Assembly: GCA_046758745.1 (NCBI GenBank)
Contig: JBHIAV010000023.1
Location: forward strand, 1-43,818
Reading direction: 5' to 3'
DNA length: 43,818 nucleotides
Origin: Gemmatimonadota bacterium
Lineage (GTDB): Bacteria > Gemmatimonadota > Gemmatimonadetes > Palauibacterales > Palauibacteraceae
Both the position numbers and the translations under genes were made by a program. The notes under the pieces are model-generated. The model ran no database searches, was not told where the DNA came from, and saw only the letters and a program-made list of their open reading frames with translations. Positions 37,490 through 43,818 of this stretch are shown here, one piece after another (position 1 is the first letter of the stretch; every line of letters begins with the position of its first letter).

Positions 37490-39171
37490 AGGTCCTCCTG
37501 CTGGCCCTCACGGCGTATCTGCTCGGCTCGATCCCGACCAGCTACCTCGTCGGGCGGGTGCACGGGGTGGATCTGCGCACGCTGGGCAGCGGAAACCTCG
37601 GCGGCACGAACACGTACCGGGTGCTCGGCGCCCGGGCCGCCTCGGTCGTCGTCCTCGTCGACGTGGCGAAGGGCTTCTTCCCCGCGTGGGTCTTCGCGTC
37701 GTGGGACGGGAGCGGTCTCGCGTGGCTCGTTCTGCTGTACGGCGGCGCTGCGATTGCCGGACACGTGTGGCCGGCCTTCCTCCGCTTCCGGGGCGGGAAA
37801 GGCGTCGCCACCGCGGCGGGAGTGCTCCTCGCGCTCGCGCCCCTCGCCATGCTCATCGCCCTCCTCGTCTGGGTGGGACTCGTTCTGGTGACCCGCATCG
37901 TTTCGCTAGCCTCCCTGACGGCCGTCACCCTCGTCCCCCTACTGACGGCAGTGGCGGGAGCGCCGGCCGAGATCGTCGTCTTCTGCGGCGCGGCCGCGAT
38001 CTTCGTATGGTGGACGCACCGCTCGAACCTGCGCCGTCTGTGGCGGGGGGAGGAGCACCGGTTTGGCCGCCGAGGCGCCGCCGACCGGCCGCGGGAGGGC
38101 GCCGGGAGCTCGAAGCCGCGAACAGGAGCCGCGGCCTCCGAGCCGCGGCCAAGCGCAGGTCAGGCAACCCCCGTGGCGGTGCTGGGAGCCGGCAGCTGGG
38201 GCACCGCGCTCGCCGATCTCCTGGCCCGCAACGGTCACCCGGTGAGAGTGTGGGCCCATGACCCGCGGGTGGCCGAGGAGATGCGGCGAAGCGCGACGAA
38301 CTCGAAGCATCTTCCCGGGATCCGGATCGCCGACGGCGTGTGCGCTACACCCCGCCTCGAAGAGGCGGTGAGCGGGGCCGAGGTGCTCGTCTCGGCCACC
38401 CCGTCGCACGTCGTCCGTGAGGTGGTCGGCGAGGCCAGGCGGTGGCTCGACGAGCGCTCTCTCGTGGTCAGTGCCTCGAAGGGCCTCGAGATCGAGTCTG
38501 GCAAGTGCATGAGCGAAGTGCTGGCGGAGCTTCTGGGAGACAAACGGGGAAAGCGGATCGCCGTGCTCTCAGGGCCCAGCTTCGCCGTCGAGTTGTCCCG
38601 CCGTCTCCCGACGGCCGTGACGGTCGCCTCCCGGGAACCGGAGAGCGGCCTCCGGGTGCAGCGTCTCTTCCAAAACGAGCACTTTCGCCTGTACACGCAG
38701 TCGGACGTCATCGGAACCGAGCTCGGCGGTGCGCTCAAGAACGTGATCGCTATCGCCGCGGGGATCAGCGACGGCCTGCAGCTCGGCGACAACGCGCGGG
38801 CCGCCCTCATCACGCGAGGGCTCGCCGAGATCAGCCGTCTGGCGAGGAAGATGGGCGGGGAGGAGCCTACACTCGCCGGGCTCGCCGGGGCGGGGGATCT
38901 GATCCTCACCTGCACCGGCGATCTGAGTCGCAACCGCCGCGTGGGGTTGGCGATCGGCCGCGGCCGTCGCCTGGAGGAGGTGCTCGCGGAGACGACCTCC
39001 GTTGCCGAAGGTGTGCGAACGACCCGCGCGGCCCGCGACCTGGCCGCAGCGCACGGGGTGGAAATGCCGATCGTCGCCGCGGTATACTCTATCCTGTACG
39101 AGGACGTCGAACCTCGGCACGCGCTGGCAGAGCTCATGGCGAGAGAGCCCAAACCCGAACGATGGAGCTAG
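37486..39171 (+). CDS. plsY/gpsA: Fused PlsY acyltransferase / GpsA glycerol-3-phosphate dehydrogenase
   Basis: PlsY motifs YLLGSIP, GSGNLGGTN, DVAKG, FRGGKGVAT, HRSNLRRL; a linker; then GpsA motifs VLGAGSWGTALA, ASKGLE, LSGPSFA, GGALKNVIAIAAG, GDLILTC...SRN, all in one 561-aa ORF. Confidence 0.93.
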   Translation: MKVLLLALTAYLLGSIPTSYLVGRVHGVDLRTLGSGNLGGTNTYRVLGARAASVVVLVDVAKGFFPAWVFASWDGSGLAWLVLLYGGAAIAGHVWPAFLRFRGGKGVATAAGVLLALAPLAMLIALLVWVGLVLVTRIVSLASLTAVTLVPLLTAVAGAPAEIVVFCGAAAIFVWWTHRSNLRRLWRGEEHRFGRRGAADRPREGAGSSKPRTGAAASEPRPSAGQATPVAVLGAGSWGTALADLLARNGHPVRVWAHDPRVAEEMRRSATNSKHLPGIRIADGVCATPRLEEAVSGAEVLVSATPSHVVREVVGEARRWLDERSLVVSASKGLEIESGKCMSEVLAELLGDKRGKRIAVLSGPSFAVELSRRLPTAVTVASREPESGLRVQRLFQNEHFRLYTQSDVIGTELGGALKNVIAIAAGISDGLQLGDNARAALITRGLAEISRLARKMGGEEPTLAGLAGAGDLILTCTGDLSRNRRVGLAIGRGRRLEEVLAETTSVAEGVRTTRAARDLAAAHGVEMPIVAAVYSILYEDVEPRHALAELMAREPKPERWS

Positions 39172-39176
39172 TGCCG

Positions 39177-39527
39177 GTGAACGATCCGATTGCCTCCAAG
39201 GAATACTACTCGATCGGGGAGGTGTGCGAGCTGGCGAACCTCAAGCCGCACGTGCTCCGCTATTGGGAGAGTCAGTTTCGCGCGCTCAGACCGTCCAAGA
39301 ACCGGGCCGGCAACCGGGTCTACCGTCGGAAGGAGATCAAGCTCATCCAGCTCCTCCGTCACCTGCTGTACACCGAGAGGTACACGATCGAAGGGGCCAA
39401 GCAGAAGCTGGAGCAGCTGCGGCGAGACCGAAAGCTGTCTCGCGCCGCGCAGGTGGCGTGGGACGTCGAGACGGCGCGCGACCTCCGCCGCGAGGCGGAC
39501 GAGCTGGTCGATCTGCTCACCCTGTAG
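39177..39527 (+). CDS. MerR-family transcriptional regulator
   Basis: YYSIGEVC...KPHVLRYWESQF..LRPSKNRAGNRVY...LLYTERYTIEGAKQKL. Alternative starts at 39162 and 39171. Confidence 0.92.
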   Translation: MNDPIASKEYYSIGEVCELANLKPHVLRYWESQFRALRPSKNRAGNRVYRRKEIKLIQLLRHLLYTERYTIEGAKQKLEQLRRDRKLSRAAQVAWDVETARDLRREADELVDLLTL

Positions 39528-39535
39528 CCCACCTC

Positions 39536-40378
39536 ATGACGGGTGACCGCGTGAGTGCGCCGCGCCCGCTCGAGCCGGCCTCGGAGACGCGCGAGGCGGC
39601 TCGATCGCTGCGCGACGACGAGGCGCGCGTGCTCTTCCTGGTCACCAACGACGACGGGATCCACGCGGCCGGCCTGGACCTGTTGGCGCGCGTGGCGGCC
39701 CGCCTGGGAGAGGTCGAGGTGGTGGCACCGGATCGTCAGCAGAGTGCCAGCAGCCACTCCCTCACCCTCCACCGACCCCTCCGCGTCACCCGGGCGGGGG
39801 ACGGCCGATATGTGATCGACGGCACGCCCACCGACTGCGTGCTCCTCGCCGCCAACCGGATGCTGGGCTTCGCCCCCGACTTCGTGCTCTCCGGTGTCAA
39901 CCACGGACCCAACATGGGCGAGGACGTGCTGTACTCGGGCACCGTGGCCGCCGCGATGGAGGGAACGATCCTCGGCATCCCGTCGGTCGCGATCTCCTAT
40001 GCCGGGAAGCGGGAAGAGTGGTTGGCCGGCTACACGGACCTCCTCACCCGGCTCCTTCGCACCCTCGTGGCACGGAACCAGCTCCCCGGCGAGACCTTCT
40101 TCAACATCAACCTTCCCGAGCGACCGGTGGGGAAGGTGGAGGGGGTGCGTGTCACTCGGCTCGGGCGGCGGGTCTATTCGGACTCCTTGACCCGACGACA
40201 GGACCCGAGCGGTCGCGAGTACTTCTGGATCGGCGGCGGCGTATCGAGCTGGTCCGGCGGCGAGGACTCGGATTTCCGGGCCGTGAAGGCCGGCTACGTG
40301 TCGATCACCCCCCTCCACCTCGACCTTACCGACTACCGGTTGATCGAAGAAGTCAGCTCGTGGACCCTGGAGCCCTGA
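39536..40378 (+). CDS. surE: 5'/3'-nucleotidase SurE
   Basis: LVTNDDGIHAAG, VAPDRQQSASSHSLT, GTPTDCV, SGVNHGPNMG..VLYSGTVAAAMEG. Confidence 0.96.
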   Translation: MTGDRVSAPRPLEPASETREAARSLRDDEARVLFLVTNDDGIHAAGLDLLARVAARLGEVEVVAPDRQQSASSHSLTLHRPLRVTRAGDGRYVIDGTPTDCVLLAANRMLGFAPDFVLSGVNHGPNMGEDVLYSGTVAAAMEGTILGIPSVAISYAGKREEWLAGYTDLLTRLLRTLVARNQLPGETFFNINLPERPVGKVEGVRVTRLGRRVYSDSLTRRQDPSGREYFWIGGGVSSWSGGEDSDFRAVKAGYVSITPLHLDLTDYRLIEEVSSWTLEP

Positions 40379-41013
40379 CTCCCGCCTACCGGCGCGACCG
40401 ACGGCGATTGGTCGAGCGGCTTCGTGCGGCGGGGATCGAGGACCTGGCCATTCTGCACGCTTTCGACACGGTGCCGCGCCATCACTTCGTGCCCGAAGCG
40501 GTACGGCACCGGGCGTATCAGGACGTCGCGCTGCCGCTCGGCTTCGGACAGTCCATCTCCCGGCCCACGGTGCACGCCTTCCACCTCTCCCTGGCCGAGC
40601 TGCAGGGAGAGGAAGAGGTGCTGGAGATCGGCACCGGCTCGGGCTTCCAGACGGCTCTCCTGGCGGCGTTGGCTCGTCGTGTGCACTCCGTCGAGGTCAT
40701 TCCCGAGCTTGCGGAGATGGCCCGGCGCCTTCTGACGGAGCTCGGGGTCGGAAACGTGGAGATCCGCACCGGAGACGGCTCCCGGGGCTGGCCGGAAGCC
40801 GCCCCGTTCGACGTGATCCTCGTGGGGGCCGCGGTGCCGGCGATCCCACGGGAGCTGCGTGCCCAGCTCGCCGACGGGGGGCGCATGGTCATTCCGGTGG
40901 GCGAGGCGGAGCACGGACAGGAGCTCCGCCGGCTGCGTCGCCGCGATGGGGAATGGGAGGAAGAGGTGATCGATTCCGCCCGGTTCATTCCGCTCTTGCG
41001 AGGCGGGGTGTGA
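40360..41013 (+). CDS. pcm: Protein-L-isoaspartate O-methyltransferase
   Basis: VPRHHFVP, AYQDVALPLGFGQSISRP, VLEIGTGSGFQ, GDGSRGWPEAAPFD; follows surE. Confidence 0.95.
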   Translation: MDPGALTPAYRRDRRRLVERLRAAGIEDLAILHAFDTVPRHHFVPEAVRHRAYQDVALPLGFGQSISRPTVHAFHLSLAELQGEEEVLEIGTGSGFQTALLAALARRVHSVEVIPELAEMARRLLTELGVGNVEIRTGDGSRGWPEAAPFDVILVGAAVPAIPRELRAQLADGGRMVIPVGEAEHGQELRRLRRRDGEWEEEVIDSARFIPLLRGGV

Positions 41014-41642
41014 GCGGAGTCGCCGCAGGGGAAGTCCAGAAGGAGGAAGGACTCCTACGGCGTCTGTACCACTGGGTGATCGGTTGGGCGGACCGGCCCG
41101 GAGGTCCCCTCGCGCTGATCGGGATCTCTTTCGCCGAGGCTTCCTTCTTTCCGATCCCGCCGGATGTGCTGCTCATTCCCCTCGCCCTGGGAAGGCCGGC
41201 ACGGGCGCTCTGGTTCGCATTCCTGTGCACGGTGGCCTCCGTGAGCGGAGCGATGGTCGGCTATCTCATCGGCAGCGCACTGTACCACTCGGTCGGCCTG
41301 CCGATACTGGAGCTGTACGGCCTGACCGAGAAGTACCGCACGGTCGGCACTCTGTACGAGCAGAACCTGGTGCTGTCGTTGGGCACCGCCGGGTTCACGC
41401 CGATCCCGTTCAAGGTGTTCACCATCGCGGCGGGCGGATTCAGCGTCTCGTTTCCGGCGTTCGTGGCGATCTCGGCCGTAAGCCGAGGGGCCCGTTTCTT
41501 CCTCGTGGCCGGCCTCATCCGCGTGTTGGGGGAGCGGATCCGGAGGTTCATCGAGCGCTACTTCAACCTCCTCACCATACTGTTCGCCGTTCTCCTGATC
41601 GGCGGATTTCTGGCGATCACACTCTTCTTCGGCGGAGATTGA
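41010..41642 (+). CDS. YqaA/DedA (VTT domain) membrane protein
   Basis: SFAEASFFPIPPDVLLIP, AGFTPIPFKVFTIAAG, SRGARFFLVA. Confidence 0.9.
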   Translation: MSGVAAGEVQKEEGLLRRLYHWVIGWADRPGGPLALIGISFAEASFFPIPPDVLLIPLALGRPARALWFAFLCTVASVSGAMVGYLIGSALYHSVGLPILELYGLTEKYRTVGTLYEQNLVLSLGTAGFTPIPFKVFTIAAGGFSVSFPAFVAISAVSRGARFFLVAGLIRVLGERIRRFIERYFNLLTILFAVLLIGGFLAITLFFGGD

Positions 41643-41668
41643 CGCTGAATGTCCGGGCCGGGTACCTT
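41639..41668 (+). promoter_or_regulatory. Putative sigma70-type promoter upstream of apt
   Basis: TTGACG (41639-41644), 18-nt spacer, TACCTT (41663-41668), at the start of a 238-bp intergenic region. Confidence 0.4.
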
Positions 41669-41880
41669 GGCCGACCCGCCGCTTCGGTGCCGAGCGTCGG
41701 TAGGGAGGGGGAGAGGCAATGGATGAAGGGATGTCGGGTCCGTACGTCGGAGGCAGCAAGCCGCGGCCCGCCGAGCCAGACGAGGCTCCAGCGTGGACGC
41801 ACGGACCCTTCGTGTCGGCCGCGGCCACGCCAGGAAGGGGTGTGCCCCCGCGACTCGGAGGTGGAGAAGAGGTGAGGCGC

Positions 41881-42426
41881 ATGCCGGACGGGGAGGATCT
41901 CGCGCGGCTCAACCAGGATGTGCGGCGCGCCCTGCGAGACTATCCGGACTTTCCGCGGCCCGGCATCCTGTTCAGGGACATCGCGCCAGTGCTGGCGAGC
42001 CCGGCCCTGCTCGAACGGGTTACCGCCTGCTTCGCCGCCGTGGCCCACGAGCGGCGCGCGGAGAAGATCGCCGGAATCGAGTCCCGGGGCTTCCTCTTCG
42101 CCGCGCCCGTCGCCGTGGAGCTCGGCCTCCCGCTGGTCCCCATCCGAAAGCAGGGAAAGCTGCCCGGTGAGACGGTCTTCGCCGTGTATGACCTCGAATA
42201 CGGCACCGCGCGGCTCGAGATGCAGTCCGACTCCGTAGGGGATGGGGAGCACGTCATGCTGATCGACGACCTGCTCGCCACAGGGGGAACCGCCTCGGCC
42301 GCCGCGGGGCTGATCCGCCGCCTGGGCGGGATCGTCGTCGAGCTCGGTTTCCTGGTGGAGCTCTCGAGCCTGAACGGCCGGAGCCTCATATCTGAGTATA
42401 ATGTATTCTCAATATTGAGCTTATAG
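41881..42426 (+). CDS. apt: Adenine phosphoribosyltransferase
   Basis: DYPDFPRPGILFRDI, GIESRGF, IRKQGKLP, YDLEYG, LIDDLLATGGT; GAGGTGAGG RBS before ATG 41881. An in-frame upstream ATG exists at 41719. Confidence 0.96.
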   Translation: MPDGEDLARLNQDVRRALRDYPDFPRPGILFRDIAPVLASPALLERVTACFAAVAHERRAEKIAGIESRGFLFAAPVAVELGLPLVPIRKQGKLPGETVFAVYDLEYGTARLEMQSDSVGDGEHVMLIDDLLATGGTASAAAGLIRRLGGIVVELGFLVELSSLNGRSLISEYNVFSILSL

Positions 42427-42450
42427 CAGTTTATCTTATCAATAATATGA
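42388..42450. promoter_or_regulatory. AT-rich patch with TATAAT and a 12-bp palindrome
   Basis: TATAAT at 42397-42402 and CTCAATATTGAG at 42408-42419; strongly AT-rich relative to the rest of the window. Confidence 0.45.
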
Positions 42451-42462
42451 GGTGAGTGGGGC

Positions 42463-43407
42463 ATGACGGAAGCCATCGCCCGAGAGAAGAAGCCGGAAGG
42501 GGTCGACACGCGCGACGCGTTCATGCTGCGCCTTCTCCAGGCGCTGCGCTGGATGGAGCACAACCGGCGCCTCGCGGCGGTGATCGGTCTGCTCCTGGTC
42601 GCCGTCGCCCTCGGCGCCTTCTACTACGCGGGGTACCGCCGCAGCCTGAACGAGCAGGCGGCCGCTCGGCTTCAGCAGCTTCGCCTCGGGGTGGGAGCGC
42701 AGAGCCCCGCCGCCTCACGGGACGCCCTCATCACCTTCCTCGCCCGATACGGCGAGACCAGATCCGCCGACGATGCGCGCATCCTCCTGGCGCAGCTCGA
42801 GCTCCAGAGGGACAGCGTCGAGGCGGCGATCCAGCTGCTGCTACCGGTGGCGGAAGGGCAGGGGGGCTCCCCGACCGCGTATGCCGCGGCGAGGATGCTG
42901 GCGGCCGCCCACGAGCAGGCGGGCCGGCCGGAGGAGGCCCTTCGCTGGTATCGCGTGATCGCCGATCGGGCCCGTTTCGACTTCCAGAAGCGCCGTGCGC
43001 GCGACGATCAGGCTCGGATTCTCGCCGCTACGGGCAGGCTTGTCGAGGCGGAGCGGATCTACGCCGAGCTCCTTGAGGAGACGAGCGGGAAGGCCGGGAC
43101 GGCCCTTCCGGAGGGCCTGTGGGGCGTCCGCCTCGGCGAGATCCGAGCCCTTCGGGAGACCGGCGGAGGAGACCCCTCCCCGACCCCTCCCGCCTCGGGA
43201 GGCGCCGCCTGCGCGTCCGAGGTCCCCGAGGCCTCGAAGGCCGTTCCCCCGACCCCTTCCGCCGAAGGCAGCGAGTCCAGCCGAGCGGGCGAATCTCCCG
43301 CACCCGACAACCCGGAGGCGATCTCCTCCCTCCACTCTCCCGACGGCGACGCCGATCCGGCCCCCTCCCGCGCCCCGGCACCCGCCGATCCCTCCGGCCG
43401 CCCCTGA
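42463..43407 (+). CDS. YfgM-like membrane-anchored TPR protein with Pro/Ser/Ala-rich tail
   Basis: WMEHNRR followed by a single TM helix and EQAAARL, TPR-like repeats and a low-complexity C-terminus. Confidence 0.8.
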   Translation: MTEAIAREKKPEGVDTRDAFMLRLLQALRWMEHNRRLAAVIGLLLVAVALGAFYYAGYRRSLNEQAAARLQQLRLGVGAQSPAASRDALITFLARYGETRSADDARILLAQLELQRDSVEAAIQLLLPVAEGQGGSPTAYAAARMLAAAHEQAGRPEEALRWYRVIADRARFDFQKRRARDDQARILAATGRLVEAERIYAELLEETSGKAGTALPEGLWGVRLGEIRALRETGGGDPSPTPPASGGAACASEVPEASKAVPPTPSAEGSESSRAGESPAPDNPEAISSLHSPDGDADPAPSRAPAPADPSGRP

Positions 43408-43536
43408 CCGGGATCGGCCCCGTCTCTTCTTCCCGCCTCTCCGGCCCACCACGAGAGCCCCTTCTCCCGGGACGCCCGCGCCCCCGGCCCACGCGCCCTC
43501 TTCCGTCCCCAACCCCCCGATCTCCCCGCATCCTGT

Positions 43537-43564
43537 ATGGCACATAATATACATTATGTAAACT
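43537..43564 (+). other. dif: dif site (XerC/XerD chromosome-dimer resolution site)
   Basis: ATGGCACATAA-TATACA-TTATGTAAACT in 11-6-11 architecture. The right arm matches the B. subtilis dif arm TTATGTAAACT, and the left arm resembles E. coli GGTGCGCATAA. Intergenic and AT-rich in a GC-rich background. Confidence 0.88.
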
Positions 43565-43761
43565 AGGCGGTCTGGAGACCGGCCTACAGCCCCCCGGAGC
43601 GGCTCTCCCCCTCCCGGCGGGACCGGCCGGCCCCCCGGCCCGGGGCTCCGCTCGCACCGCACATCTTACATTTTAGCTGGCAGTTAGCGTCGTTCACTTC
43701 ACGGTGATAGTTTGACGCGCTGCCCCGGCATCCCGCCGGGTAAACCCAGGATAGGAGGAAC

Positions 43762-43818
43762 ATGCCGCCGCACGGCCGAACGGAGCGGCAGGACGAGGGA
43801 GGGCCGTCGGGACGGAGT
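43762..43818 (+). CDS. Start of a gene truncated by the window edge
   Basis: AGGAGG (43753-43758) then ATG 43762, reading MPPHGRTERQDEGGPSGRS to the window end. Confidence 0.45.
   Translation, partial: MPPHGRTERQDEGGPSGRS

Noticed and set aside
42391-42418. Second dif-like site (TCTGAGTATAA TGTATT ...)
   Set aside because: The left half is vaguely XerC-like, but there is no TTATGT XerD arm.
43538-43553. Sigma54 promoter or transcription-factor palindrome at TGGCACATAATATACA
   Set aside because: No -12 TTGC at the required spacing; the 28-bp dif architecture explains the symmetry better.

Overview
GC-rich bacterial chromosomal segment, most likely Gemmatimonadota judging from gene content and order (inference). 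Every real gene is on the + strand, and many are coupled by ATGA/GTGA overlaps. The window opens with the 3' end of a 16S rRNA gene. No tRNA or 23S gene follows; instead there is a terminator-like hairpin and an unannotated, frameshifted, internally deleted relic of the ribosome GTPase gene era. A housekeeping and envelope cluster follows: Trm112-like, PorV-like barrel, rnr, prfB (+1 frameshift), lysS with an N-terminal Cys4 motif, a LolC/E-LolD fusion, mcsA-mcsB-clpC, bamA-skp-lpxD-lpxC/fabZ-lpxA-(GnnA-like)-small membrane protein-lpxB-DUF374-divergent lpxK, SAM methyltransferase-bshC, murJ, uvrC, small Cys4 protein, thrC-like, larC, TPR protein, Zn-finger/DUF2007 protein, DUF512 radical SAM, der, a PlsY-GpsA fusion, merR, surE, pcm, yqaA, apt and a YfgM-like TPR protein. 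It ends with a 28-bp XerC/D dif site at 43537-43564, so this lone 16S gene may lie about 43 kb from the replication terminus. I found no CRISPR array, tRNA or mobile element. All family assignments come from motif recognition, not database searches.
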